Made by a program: the position numbers and the translations under genes. Below the pieces are notes generated by a model. That model was not told the origin of the DNA. It ran no database searches and saw only the letters and a list, made by a program, of their open reading frames with translations. Source: Camelus dromedarius (lineage: Eukaryota). Taken from it: 64,000 nt of DNA. The stretch lies in assembly GCF_036321535.1 (NCBI RefSeq), contig NC_087436.1, positions 110,982,001-111,046,000 on the forward strand, given 5' to 3'. Below, piece after piece: positions 1 to 13,514 of this stretch (positions are counted from its first letter, which is position 1; each line of letters starts with the position of its first letter).

Positions 1-224
1 CATGCACACAGAACATTTCGGCAAAGGCTGGGAGAATTATTGGCTCAAAGCATTCATGGAAATCCTGTGGAATTATTAGCTGACCTCTAAGCCAACTGAC
101 CAGAGACTGACCATTATGTGTGACCATGCCACACGTGACAAAAAACACTGACATTACAGAACTGTTGAGCAAATCACGAAGCAAACAAACTGTAATGGTA
201 ACAAACATAAACAACAACAAGCAG

Positions 225-428
225 CCATGAGGAAGTGGGGGAAATCTGGTTTCCAGAATAGCCACATTGTATTATTTAAAATGTTCCATTTTTAATAAAA
301 AATATGACACTTGAAAAGAAAGGAAAGTATGGCTATACACGGTTGAGGGTCGGGGAGAAGAGTTAATAGAAACTGCTTCTGAGAAAGTTCGAACATTAGA
401 TTTAATAGACAAGGATTTTAAATCAGCT
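225..428 (+). mobile_element. Old L1M 5'/ORF1-proximal fragment
   Basis: ggaaatctggtttccagaatagccacatt...ttagatttaatagacaaggattttaaatcagct resembles old L1M 5' regions. Confidence 0.5.
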
Positions 429-429
429 T

Positions 430-730
430 GTGTTAAGGGTCTTCAAAACCACCTTCAGGTTCATTATTTACTAGAGAGACTCACAGAACTCAGGAAAGTT
501 GTAATCATGATTATATTTTATTACAGAGAAAGGATACCAATTAAAATAAGGAATGGAAAAAAGCATAAAGGACAGAGTTCCAGAGAGACAGGCAGAAGCT
601 GCCATTTGCCTTCCCATTAATCATATGACTCTCCCTGGGATGACTGTGACAACAGGTACTGAGTCCTGTCAGTCGGGGAGACACACTCAAGCCTTGAAGT
701 CCAGGGTTTTTAATCAGAGTCAGTCACATC
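430..730 (-). mobile_element. MER21-like ERVL LTR fragment
   Basis: accaccttcaggttc...gactcacagaactcagg...ccttgaagtccagggttttt matches the recalled MER21 consensus in reverse orientation. Confidence 0.7.
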
Positions 731-1820
731 ATCTCAACAGATGTGGGAAAAGATTTGACAAAATCTGATACCCACTCGTGATAAAACACTCAACAAACTA
801 GGAATAGAGAGAAACTTCTTCAACCTGATAAAGGAATTCTACAATGAAAAAAGCTAGAGTTAACATAATACTTAATGACGAAAGACTGAATGTCTTTCTC
901 CCTAAGATGAGAATTAAGATGTCTACTTTCACCCCTTACAGTCAACATTGTATTGGAGGTTCTAACCAGGGACATTAAGCAAGAAAAATAAAGTATCCAG
1001 GTTGGAAAAAACAAAGTGAAATTATCTCTGTTCATGGATGACGTGATCTTATACACACAAAGTTCTAAGGAATACAAATGCACGCATACAAACTACTAGA
1101 ACTAATAAACGAGTTTAGCAAGGTTGCCAGGATACAAGATTAGTATATAAAAATCACTTATATTTCTACATAAGAACAATGAACAATCTAAAAATGAAAT
1201 AAGAAAATAATCCCTTTACAACAGCATTTAAACAACCAAAACACTTAGGAATAAATTTAACAAAAGGAGTATAAAACTTACATGCTGAAAACTACAAGGC
1301 ATTACAGAAAGCAATTAAAGAAGATCTAAACAAATTTCCTGAGAAGACGTGTCTTGTTCATGGATCTGGAAGGCCTGGTATCAGCAACACTGAAGTATTC
1401 CTTACACTGTTCTACAGATTTAATACAATTCCTATCAAAATCCCAGCGGCCATTTTTGCAGAAATTGACAAGTTGATACTAAATTCAAGGGAAATGCAAG
1501 GGACTCAGAAAAGCCAAACCAATCTTGAGAAAGAACAAAGTTGGAGACCTTGCTGATTTAAAAACTTAATACAAAGCTACAATAATTAAGACAGTCTGAT
1601 ACTGAAATAAGAATAGACATATAGATCAATGGAATAAAATTGACAGTCCAGAAAGAAACCCTTGCTTTTATGGTCAATTGATTTTCAACAAGGGTGCCAA
1701 GACAATCGGAAAGAATAATCCTTTTTAAAATGAGCTTGAACAACTTGATATCCATATGCAAAATAATGAGTTTATACCCTACCCTTCATACCATATATAA
1801 AAAATTAACTCAAAATGAAT
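731..1820 (+). mobile_element. Degenerate L1 ORF2 fragment (RT region)
   Basis: Includes ttcatggatgacgtgatcttatac (decayed FADDMILY motif), gagtttagcaaggttgc, gatcaatggaat, caagggtgccaag; many stops and frameshifts. Confidence 0.9.
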
Positions 1821-1839
1821 ATATAAGTTCTTTAGAAAC

Positions 1840-2330
1840 TCAGCACATGGACTGAAGGGCATAATGGACACAGCTGAAGATAAATATGTGAGTTAAAAAT
1901 TTAAGCCAGTTTATGCTCCCAGAACACAGCAAGAAAAGACAATGCTTTAAATGTATAAAAGAAACTTCAAGAAATATGTCAACTAGATTCAGAAGTTTAG
2001 AGCTCATTTAATAGGATTTCTGTAAATAATAGCAGAGAGAATAGAAGAGAAGATATAACCAATGAAATGAAAGATGAAATTTTCCCAGAACTAAAGAAAT
2101 ATATAAATGTTCCAATTCAGAGTCCAAATACATATGAATTTTCATTTTTCCAAGGAAATGAAAAAAATCCTAAAAGCTTTCCAAAAGGGGCACAAGGGGA
2201 GGAATTAACATATACACTACAAAGGACTAAGATTTAGATTGGCATCAGAATTTTTATCAACTTTAGATGCCAAAGATAAAGGAGCAATATTTTCTAAGTT
2301 CTAAGGGGAAAAGATTATTAGCTTATTCAA
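1840..2330 (+). mobile_element. Ancient L1ME/HAL1-like ORF1 remnant
   Basis: gaaattttcccagaactaaaga, agattggcatcagaattt, gagcaatattttc motifs typical of the ORF1 C-terminal region. Confidence 0.5.
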
Positions 2331-2437
2331 ACACTATTCTAAAATGTTCACCTTTATAAAATTAGTATACCACAGACTTCTCAAGAATATAAAATGGAGT
2401 AAGACAATACAACTGGGATTCATTTTAAAGTTAAGGG

Positions 2438-3042
2438 TTTACTTTACTTAGAATGACAATCTTCAGGTACATCCATGTTGCAGTTAGAATAGCCATCATG
2501 AAAAATCCACAAATGATAAATGCTGGAGAGGGTATGGAGAAAAGGGAACCCTCCCACACTGTTGGTGGGAATGTAGTTTGGTGTGGCTATTATGGAAAAC
2601 AGTATGGAAATTCCTCAAAAGACTAAAAATAGACTTACCCTATGATCCAGCAATCCCATTCCTGAGTATATATCCAGAGGGAATCTTATTTCAAAAAGAT
2701 ACATGCACTCCAATGTTCATAGCAGCACTATTTACAATAGCCAAGACATGGAAACAACCTAAATGTCCATCAACAGATAACTAGATAAAAAAAAGTTGTG
2801 GTATATTTATGCAATGGAATACTACTCAGCCATAAAAAATAATAAAGTGTTATATAAAATAAATAAACAACAAGTTCATACTGTATAGCACTGGGAATTA
2901 TATATTAAGTATCTTGCAGTAACTTATGATGAAAATGAATATATGTATGTTCATGTATGACTGAAGCATTATGCTGTACACCAGAAATTGACACAATATT
3001 GTAAAATGACTATACTTCAATAAAATATATATATACCAAAAA
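2438..3042 (+). mobile_element. Young camelid-type L1, 5'-truncated, with inverted 5' piece and internal deletion
   Basis: ORF2 C-terminal peptide ([14 protein letters not shown]...TCTPMFIAALFTIAKTWKQPKCPS), 3' UTR and A tail. TSD AAAGTTA(A/T)GGG at 2427-2437 and 3043-3053, preceded by a TTTT/AAAG endonuclease-type site. Confidence 0.9.
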
Positions 3043-3146
3043 AAAGTTATGGGACACTTTTCCAGTTATTCAACATATACATATTGAGCTCCTACTGCAT
3101 TCCAGGCAACGTTATAGTTACCAGTGGTACCACGGTAATAAAGAAA

Positions 3147-3785
3147 CAGTCCATTCTCATTATTCATGGGCTCTGTATTTGTAAATTTCACTCCTCACTA
3201 ATCGGTACTCACAGCGCTTTCATGATCATCTGCAGGCAGGCACAGATTGGAAAAACTGAGTCGCCCTATGTGCGTATTCCCCCTGAAGTCACACAAGGAG
3301 ACGCCCTGCCTTCTTATTTCAGCTCTCATACTATAAACAAGTGCCAGTATTTTCTGATCTATTTAGTGCCACATATTTCTCATTTTTGTGCCCCTTTTTT
3401 GGATGGGGGAGGTAATTTTGCTGTTTAAAGCAGTCCCCAAGCATAGTGCTGTAGTGCTGTCTAGTGTTCCTGAACACAAGAAGGCTGTGGTGTACCTTAT
3501 GGGAAAAATGTGTGTTAGATAAGCTTGGTTCAGCTATGAGTTATAGTGCTGCTGGCCATGAGTTCAATGTTAATGAGTCAACTATATATATTAAATAAGG
3601 TGTATTTAAACTGAAACACATGTAAAAGCAAAGTAATATATTGATCAGTTGATGAAAATGTTGTGGCCAGAGGTTCACAGGAACCTAACTGTATTTCCCC
3701 TAGGAGTGGAGCTTCTTTAATATTTAATAATTCAATATACACAGTGACTTTATAGAAATAACCACCATGGATAATGAGTTGACTG
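3147..3785 (+). mobile_element. MER82-like TcMar-Tigger DNA transposon, near full length
   Basis: TIRs cagtccattctcattattcatgg ... ccatggataatgagttgactg; internal sequence matches the recalled MER82. Confidence 0.85.
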
Positions 3786-5530
3786 AATAATTGTATGCCC
3801 TCAAGTAGAGTACAAAATTTTTTAAAATATGTAACTATGCATAAATAAAAAACAACTTAAACCATCTAAAAGCCTGGCAAAAAAATTCCAACCATATTCT
3901 TCAACATTTACCAGCTGCTTTCCCTCTCCTTTCAGTATCAAAAAGGTTCTAAACATAATCTACCAGTACTAGCCTCCTTAAATTCCTGAAAAGATGGTAA
4001 AAATATTTATGTAATTACATCAGCCACATTTTCTGGGTATTGAAAGCACATTGTGCTTTTACTTTATTTAAAAATAATTATAAATTATTTTCTTGGAATC
4101 TTTTTTTTTTTTTTTTTGGAATTTCTGTAGGAGTCTCAGCACATCATACACTTCAGGAGGGGGAGAAATCTGCTTTATAATCTTTAGAATAGGAAACTAT
4201 TTTCATCTTTTTTCATAAATTAGCCAATAATTAACCAGTACTAAGTGGTAACACACAAACACGTTAAATTAGTAGAACAGAAGGCAGAACACAAGAAATG
4301 GTGAGCTTAATGAAGACAAACTGGGGAAAGATGTTAAACACTTTGAAAATTTGTATTTATATTAATTCTTAGAAAAATCTCTTTTTGAATTGAATTTCTT
4401 TTTACTTCCTTAAGAAATAAAACACATTCATTTTAAGTAGAAATATTGTAATTATTCTCCCTTGGGTGCATATTTGGCAAGACTTGCTTCCATCACTCAC
4501 TCACCTGTGGTACTAAGACTTATGAAAGAGCTAAAACACAAGATGAATGGGAGTACCACTCGAACATATAAGGAATTTTATTCTTGCTATTTTTGATCAA
4601 TAAGGCAACTAAGCTGTCATACCACTTTGCTAATACAGGGAGTCCAGGTTCAATTGGGAGGGAGCAGAAAAGGAATTCTAAAATGTTTCAAATGTTTTAA
4701 AATATACCTTACTGGAGTCGATCCCTAACTGTTTGGCTCTGTTGTGATAAGTAAGAATTCCTAGTTTGCTGAAGGCAGACTGTCCAGTATATAACAGTGT
4801 AATTCTTAACAGCATTTTCTTTCACCATCAAAAATGTGCAAGCAATGAGGGACATATGGAGGTGGGGATAGGAAGACAGGGCTGATATGATTCTCCTGCC
4901 TGTCACCATTCTCTTGTGTCGTTTTCGTCCCTATGGTCTGCGATTGTTTTTTTTCCTGGCCTAAGATAACATAGTTTGGGGGATTTTTTTAACCCCAGTT
5001 AAAAAGCTGCGTCTTTTAATTAAGAAGTTAAATAGGAAGATTTTATCATTTCATGTAACAGCTGCAGAGCCAGTTTTTAGCTTAATCAGATATAAAATTA
5101 TAAGATAAATTCTTTATTTTCTGGATCACCTAATCATATGTATTCTAAAACATATCCCATAAGATTTTAAGAACAATTGCAAAAATAAAGGTAGAAACAG
5201 ATTTCTGTATCCTATCTCATGAATAGTTTGGTCAATAGGAAAATTTGGCCATCTATGTCAATGTGAGAATTCCAGACCTTTGGGTGCAGACTAAAAATAG
5301 CACTTTGGACAACAAAGAAACCACAGGCTTCCAAAGCATTGACCAGCAGGAAGTTTTTTTGTTTTTGTTTTTGTTTTAAGAAAAAAAAGAAAGAAAGAAA
5401 AAGACAAGGAAAGGAAAGAAAGAAAAAACTCTCTGCAGTGTTGTTTTCAATTGATTGACTTGCATTTTACTTAAAGTAATTGATAATTTTCCTTTTAGAG
5501 GGGTAGGCATCAAGGATTCCTTTTCCCTGT

Positions 5531-5587
5531 TAATAACAATAATAATAATAATAATAATAATAGTAATAATAATAAGAATAATAATAA
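5531..5587. repeat. (AAT)n microsatellite, imperfect
   Basis: Direct observation. Confidence 0.9.
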
Positions 5588-5879
5588 ATGGACACGCCTT
5601 ATGATAGTTGAAGAAAATGCAGAACAACAAAAAGAAGTATGAATTAATTACATTTTAAATGAGATTACATTATATTTGCCATAATAGCATCTTAACTGCA
5701 TGGAGAATACATGTATGAGAATGTATTTCTTTAGACTATAGTTAATTTTTGTGTATATTTAGATTCACTAATCTCTTGGAATAAATACGAAGCTTTTTTA
5801 AGACTCTGAAGTCCAAAAGCTGGGAAACTACAGTCTGCAAGAAGGGATAAGGAATTGGAATCAATTAACTGTAGTTTAA

Positions 5880-6058
5880 TTTTCAACTCTACCTCATTTG
5901 CTAACTTGGGTAAATCACTGGACAATCTTGAGTCTCAGTTTCCTCATCTGTCCAAAAGAAGTATTACACCTTTCTTACCACATCTAATTGTTACAAGGAA
6001 CAAATGAGAAGATAGATGTGAAAGCAGGTGAAAACTTAGAAAGTACTATACAAATTAT
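5880..6058 (+). mobile_element. MIR SINE
   Basis: Core gagtctcagtttcctcatctg...aaatgagaagatagatgtgaaagca. Confidence 0.75.
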
Positions 6059-8324
6059 TCAAATTGTTTCTGAGTAGAAATAGCATTGCCTATTTAGCTA
6101 ATGCTTAACTTTAACAAATAAGAGCAAAACATGCTAGAAATACAGGCAAAGTAGAAATATGCATGACTTTGATGTGTTTGGCAACAAAACATATTCTTTC
6201 TTGAGAAATTAGATTCACTGTGATAAAGCCTTCAGATGCAGATGAGAGCCCTCATTATTTCAAAGGAATGAAATTATAAACGGAAAATAGAGAGTTAAAT
6301 AGAACTGCATAACCTCTTGTGATGCTTCTTCGTTTCCTACCTTATATCATGGGTAAAAGTGCAGGCCTTATCTTCCATTTAAATCCTAAGCTCTTTGAGG
6401 GCAAAGTTTCTGTTTCTTCCATCTATGCAACCTTCACAGAACCTTTGCACATAGTTGAGAGCATAGTAATGATGTAACAGGCACCCAATAGGAAATGAAG
6501 AAGCTCAGTTTCAAATCCAGGTCTGTCTAATGTAGAAAGCCTAGTCCTTTCCTGGTACCACTTCAGTGCTATAAACTAGTCATTTTGTAAAACAGTGCTG
6601 AGAATTCCATGCACAGCAGGTCTGACATATTCATACATAAACTCTCACATGTAAGTATAAGACCTGCTGTCCACAGACCCTCGACACTGTTTTACAAAAT
6701 GACTGGTTTATAGCACTGGTTGGAAATAACTTCAGCTCCCCAAGTTCTGTTTCTGACTCACATTCTTCTCCCACCCACCACCATTGCTCTCCCCATCTCA
6801 AAACGTTGCCTCCTTGGTTCTTCTCCACAAAGAAAAGATACCCGGTGTTCTTTAATCCTATGAGAAGAAGGTAGTCTTCTGATGGCATCTCCCCACCACC
6901 AGGCAGAAGAGAAGATACTGCACCAGCTGGTTAGAATTCAAATTGATAGTTGATATTTAGAAAAATTCCAAATATAAATGCTGTCTATCAACGTCCCTAT
7001 TGATATTAAACCACTGAAAAACTTCACTACTTCAAAGTACTTGAGTTCCATCTTGTCCCCATGTTCCCAACGCTGACCTCACCATGACTGGGTGCCCTTA
7101 GGGAACATAAACGTGTAAAGTCAGCAGTTGGGTCTACTTCATTGCTTGCTCACCCTGGCCTTGTTCTCTAGCATCTGTTCATAGGGAAAACACTGAGAAA
7201 AGTAATATCAAGGGAATCTAGTCCTACATTTTCTGAAAGCATGTTCCTCAGAAAAATAGTCACCAGAGATGCTCAACCAAAAAGAAGGAAGGAAGGAAGA
7301 AAAGATTCTTGTGGTGAAAAAAAAAAAAAAGTAAGAAGAACTGCATACCTTACATTTGCTTGCAGATTTACAAGAGATTTTTACCAGCCCTGGCTCCACA
7401 AAGGGCAGGAATGGTGCCTCTACTATCCCCAAAGGCTGGCACATGGAAGATGGAAGATGCTTAACAACTGTTTCTTGATCAAAAAACCAAATGCACTGTC
7501 AAAACGAAATATTCTAAGAAGAACTACAATTTAAAACCTTTTTTTTTTTCAGTTTTGCTTCACTCAGAGTTACCCAAATGTATCTGAAAACAGAGTCCTT
7601 TTTTCAAAGGAATTGTCGTTTGTGGATCACATTCTAGGAAATGTTGATGGGCACAGTCAATCAAACAAAAGAAAACCCATCTTACTCTAAAGGTTAGAGA
7701 ATATTTTGCTTTAATTCTCTAGAATCTTGACTAGCCCTAAAAACACTCATACTCTTACCCAGTGGTCGAATAATTCCCATTGGAGAGGGGAGTTCAAAAA
7801 GGAAGTAGAGAACTTAGAATCTTTTAAATTTTGTTCAGTTCCCTGACATTACGGGAAAATTAATCAGCTCAGTTGTAGGAGGTGGTTTAGCTCTGGATTC
7901 CCTAATGGTCTATTTTCCTCAGATTGTGTGAACACAAATTTTCCATCTTTATCAGATTTTTGAGATAAAAATACAAGTATTTATCCCAATGTCAACATAA
8001 TTTCTTAAAGGTTAAGAAAAAAAAACTTGAACATTACTCAGTGATCTAGTTCTACAAGCACAGAAAAAAAAAACTAAGACTCCCCAAAGAATTTTTTCTT
8101 CAAAAGTCTGAGTTTTATATTTTTAAAAGTTTTTTAAAACAAAATGTTTTTTAAAAATGAGTTTTATTCTTTCAAAAATGTTGCTAATGCATGTATTAGG
8201 TTTGTTTGTTTGTTTTTAACTTACTCAAAGTTTAGTTAGCTACAGTTCCTCAGAGAAGACCTGAACACTTTGAGTTTTTAAGTGGATAGGTAATCAAGAC
8301 TATTGGCCCTGATTTGTACAAAAT

Positions 8325-8405
8325 ATGTGTATGTATGTATATGTGTGTGTGTGTGTGTGTGTGTATGTGTGTGTGTGTGTGTGTATGTGTGTGTGTGTGT
8401 GTGTA

Positions 8406-8436
<31 letters not shown>
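8325..8436. repeat. Compound (TG)n/(TA)n microsatellite
   Basis: Direct observation. Confidence 0.95.
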
Positions 8437-8519
8437 CACACAAACAAATGACCAAACAGAATATCAATCTAGATTCCAAGACGTTCATTACCTTCTAGGA
8501 TCATTGTAGCTATAAAAGT

Positions 8520-8810
8520 GTAAACACTCAGTTCAGACCTGGCTGAACTGAGGCAACTTAGTTAGCAGTCTGGGCCTCAGTTGTCTCATTGTAAAATAGG
8601 CATGACTGCAGAGCCTATTACTTCACAAGTTACTGTAAAACTGATGGAAAGGTGTCTAGCACACAGAAAATACTCAGTGTTAGCTTTTATTCTTAGTCCA
8701 ATTCCCTATTTTCAAGGAGTTAAAAATGAGACCCAGACAGCATAAAGGATTTATCCAAAGCAACACAGAGAGTTAGTATCAGAGCACAAATTGTAACTTA
8801 AGTTTCCCAA
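8520..8810. mobile_element. Two MIR fragments in opposite orientation (about 8520-8690 +, 8700-8810 -)
   Basis: ctgggcctcagttgtctcattgtaaaatagg and aaaaatgagacccagacag...ccaaagcaacacag cores. Confidence 0.6.
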
Positions 8811-9189
8811 CACGTCTTTCTACCACATCATAACAACAACAACAACAAATAGGAAGGGGAAAAGTAATTTGAAAACACATAAAACTTGATATACAAAGGA
8901 ACTGTAAATTGATGCAATGGTGAGAAACGATTGACTTAAGAGTTGAGAAAACACCTGAGAGAATGAAATGGTCCTATTCATAAGGTTAGTCAGAAGGGCC
9001 ACACAAGAATACTTGTAAATTATATTTTCATACAAAGTGGGAAACACACAAAAATGGAGAAGAAGAGGCATTTGGAAGGAAGAAGAGATGGGAACAGATG
9101 TTTGAAGGCTCTAAACCAACTGCATGCCAATACCAACAAACAAGTTTTCCTGCCTACTAAATTGAGATTAAGGCAGCCTTTGTCAAGCA

Positions 9190-9385
9190 CCATTAGCTCT
9201 GTGCAATGTATCTCCTCTAGTCCTTACAGGAATACCAGTAAAGTAGGTATTATTATAATCTTCACTTCCAGGTGAGAAAATGGAGGCTCAGAGTGGCTGA
9301 GTATCTTGCCTAGGGCCAAATACTTTGTAAGTGACACAGCCAAGAGTTAAACTCAAGTAGTCTAATATTAAGTCCAGAGCAAATT
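9190..9385 (-). mobile_element. MIR SINE
   Basis: ggtgagaaaatggaggctcagagtggctgagtatcttgcctagggcc. Confidence 0.75.
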
Positions 9386-11244
9386 ATGATGCTAGAATGG
9401 AAGGAAGAAGGGAAAAGCCAGGGAAATGATGATTTCTGAATGTTTTTCCTCTTTGTAGACTTAAAATTAAATTATATTAAAGATAAAGATATATTTTAAA
9501 TATGTGTAAATATACATACATTCATGCAAGTCATTGCATACATGATTTCTATCACTTTCTGATAAATTTTTTAAAAACTATTGAAAATAATATACATTTG
9601 TTTTTCTTAATTTAAAACAACTAAACTCTTAACATTTTGCTTTGATGTCCATAATTTTTAAAAGGCTACCAGTGACAAATTGAACAAATTATAATTGGTT
9701 CTCACTCTCTTGGAAACGTTATTGCCCCTTCTCTTTGAACACCCCATGACCCATTTGACTCTTTGGCTTCCCCTTGAACTTCTCTCTGTGCTTGACCTAT
9801 ATGAGTGAACAGTATTGTCTTTCCGCCCACCTCTGTGATTGCTGTTAGTTCTTTCTTTATTTTCTCACTGTGGGGTAGTCCAAATATTAACCTTGAACAT
9901 TCTTTTTCTCTCTTCACACTCTCTCTCCCCAACAAATTCATCCAGTGTCATGACTGCCTTAATCGCATCGAAGTGGGTAACAGCCGACTCCGCCTCCACC
10001 ACTGACTCCTCGCAGGCACTCCTCGCTCATAGCCAGTTGACTCTGAACTTTCTACGTGACTGTCATGTTATTTGCTTTCACACATCATGACTAAAATGCC
10101 AGTCACTCTCAACCCTGCTGTGGCCTCTGTACATCATCATCTGTCTTTCCAAACAAATGGAACAAACTCTCCACTTAAGTAGAAAATGAATTGATTGAAA
10201 GTCTACAGAGGCCAGCTCACAGGATTGATAGGAGAGGTGGAGAGCCAGCCTCAAAAAATAAGCAGAAACCAAGATACCACACCCCACCACAGACCCAGGC
10301 TGCTGAGCATGCTGCCTTTATGTCATCGCCAGTAAACACTTACTCTTGTGCTACTGGACTCACAACTCTGCCACAAAAAAATAATCCCTGACCACTCACC
10401 GCCCTTTTCCACAACTCCCACAAGAAAAGGGGTGTATCTGATGTGTCCAGCCTACGTGATATACCTACACTTTAACTACTTAAGAAGAAGCTTGGAGAGA
10501 GATTATCTGCTCCTGCACACACACTTTTGGCTCCCACGGTAGAAAGTAGGACTCTGCCTTCTTATTTTGGAATCCTTCCAAAATATGAGGAATGTTTGGA
10601 TGTTGGGCAACCAAAAAGTACAGATGTTTCTACATGTTCCTATAAAACCAACTTCCCTTCCTGACCACATTACTTTTGTCATCACTCTCAAATCACTATG
10701 TGCATACCTCACTTCATCATCAATCAATTTTGGGGTGCCATAAAACTTGCCTCATAGTATCTCCTTCACCTTTGTTCATTATCTCATCATTTTATATGGT
10801 GCTTTTGAAATGATCTCACTGGCTCCCTGCCTCTAGGCTCTTCTCTTACACATTTCTTGTGGACATTTGCTCTGGAGCTAACAGTGCTCCAATTTTCTTT
10901 TGAGTAATTGTCTCTCCTTCATTGTGTCTGGAACTGTTAATCAAGGTGACTTGACCTACAACCCCCTACAACTCCAAATCTATGACCCAAAACTGACAAT
11001 AACACACTCCTCTTGGAATACAAAAATTGACCAGATGTAATACAAAGACCAAAAATTGTCAGATCCAGTTTATTTCAGCCAAAGCATTGTGACAGTTCTG
11101 TAGAGTAATCCCTTCTAACCAGACCCCTGGAATGGAGTCAGTCCTGTGTTTTTTTCAACTGTGATTCTCTGGGTTTCCCACCTGTGAGTTCCCATACACT
11201 CTCCAAGACCCTCGTCCAGCACCACAGTTTGTGGTCTCAAACTA

Positions 11245-11698
11245 TCCATTAAGGGTTGAATTGCGTCCCCCCACCCCAAATTCATATGTTGAAGTCCTAA
11301 CCCACTGTCCCAGTACTTCAGAATGTGAGCTTATTTGGAAATAGGGTCATTGCAATGTAATTATTTAAGAGGTGGTTATACTGGAGTAAGTTTGGGCCCC
11401 TAATCTAATATTGTCCTTATAAAAAGAACACCATGTGAAGAGAGACATGCACAGAGGGCAGCCGATATGAAGACACAGGGAGAATGCCATCTACAATGCA
11501 CATCAAGGAGAGACATTAGCCCCCAGAAACTAGGAGAAAAGCATGTCACTAACTTCTTTCAGAAGGAACCAGCCCTGAAGAGGGTGAACAAACACCTTGA
11601 TCTCAGACATCCAGCCTCCAGAACTTTGAGGCAATATATTTCTATTAAGTCCCCCTGTTTGTGGTATTTTGTTTCAGCAGCCCCAGCAAACTAACACA
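11245..11698 (+). mobile_element. MLT1B/C-like MaLR solo LTR
   Basis: gggttgaattgcgtcccccc...ttcatatgttgaagtcctaa...ccagcctccagaact...gcagccccagcaaactaacaca. Confidence 0.85.
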
Positions 11699-11819
11699 CC
11701 ATCTTTCTGGATTTAACCTCCACACTCTTGTACAAAAATAATTTTCTCCCATAAAATAATGAATCATTATACCATTCTCTTTATTTTTATGTATACTTGA
11801 AATTTTTTGTGATGAAAAG

Positions 11820-13370
11820 TTTTTTCTAAATCCCAACAGATTTCTTCCAGGAACTTAGTAAGTTGACTTCAAAGCTTATATAGCCAAACAAAGGTCTAAG
11901 CAACCTGAAAAAAAATAAAGTGTGGGAAATTGCCTTATAGAACAACAAAATTTATTATGAAGTTATTTTAATTAAGACAGTGTCTTATAAGCACAGAGAT
12001 AAAGAAATTGATCAATTACAGTGCCAAAAAAGAGACCTATGTATTTATGGCATCTTGATACCTAGCAGAGACAACTCTACAGACCGGACAAAAAACAACC
12101 TTTCAAAAAAAATGATATTGACACAACTGATCATGGAAAAAATAAAAGTAAATTGATTCCATACTTTTTGTCATATAAAAAATCAAATTCTAATGAATTA
12201 AAAACAAAACGTGATGGTAAAACTTTAAAATTTTCAGAACAACATATAGGAAAATATCCTATGACCTTGGGATTTCTTAAATGAGATACAAACTATCAAG
12301 GAAAAGACTTATAAATTCTATTATAATAAGATTAAGAACTTCTTTTCATCAAAAGACATGATAAAGAGAGTGAAAAGACAAATCAGTAACTATTGAGAAT
12401 AATTGGAACACAAATAACTGACAAAGAGTTTCCAAAATACATCAAGGAATTCTGTGAATCAATAAGGAAAAGTCAAACAACTCATTAAGAAAATGCCAAA
12501 AAGATGGGGACAATAATTGTATTATAAAGGAAAGCTAACAGCCAAATAAATATGAAAATGCCCTCAATTCCATTAATAACACAGAAATGTAAACTAATAC
12601 CACAATGAAGCACATGATATATCCACTAGATTAGCAGAAATTAGGAAATAGAGCACTAATAAATATTGACAAGAATGCTGCTAGTGAGATTACAGTTTGG
12701 TACAATTACTTTAGAAAAGAATTTGGTATTAACTTGTGAAGCTGAGCATGCACAAACCTACAGTTCAACAATTTAACTCCTAGGTATACATCCTAAAGAA
12801 ACCAAGAAACATGTTAAAGAATATTTATGGAAATGTTGCTTTTAATAGCAAAAATAATGAATATAACCAAAATATCCAATAACAAGAGGTTGGGTAAATT
12901 ATAATATGTTGACACATTAGGTTATTATATAGCAGTAAAACTGAATGAATGAAAGCTATATGCAACAATAGGAATAAAATGTTAAAACCATAACATTGAG
13001 TGGGAAAAATGCAGGTCATAGAAGATTACATTGAATATGCTATAAAGCTCATAAACAAGCAAAATTGAACAATATGTTGTCTAAGGATACATACATATAT
13101 TGAATTTATTGCCAATACAAACACAAGCAAAGGAAAAATAAACATAAATTTCAGGATAGTGTTTATCTGATTGGAATAGAGAAGGGGAGGCCCAGAAAAA
13201 GAAGGGAAGGATCCTAAAAGAAAACAGGTATCTTCTATAGCACTGGTAATATTCTTTCTTAAATTGAATGGTGGGCTCAAAGTTGTTCATTCTAGGATTA
13301 TGCATTAAATCTTACATATATAGTGCCTGTATCCTTTTTTGTACCTAAAATTACAAAATAAAAAATTAAA
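11820..13370 (+). mobile_element. Old L1ME-type ORF2 3' part and 3' UTR
   Basis: attaagaacttcttttcatcaaaagac, gagtgaaaagacaa, caatttaactcctaggtataca, ataacattgagtgggaaaa. Confidence 0.8.
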
Positions 13371-13514
13371 TAATACGTCTCCACATTGTGAGATGAGACA
13401 AGTTTGCATTATGGTTTCATTCCTTTCACTGAAAGCATTATTAATACTTACGGGGTTTATTTTGATGGGTTACAAAGAGGTGATTCTCTATGTTTACTTT
13501 TCCCCCTCAAAGTT

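Noticed and set aside
8300..8509. HT- and CV-repeat ORFs (also 34468-34820)
   Set aside because: Translations of TG/CA microsatellites.
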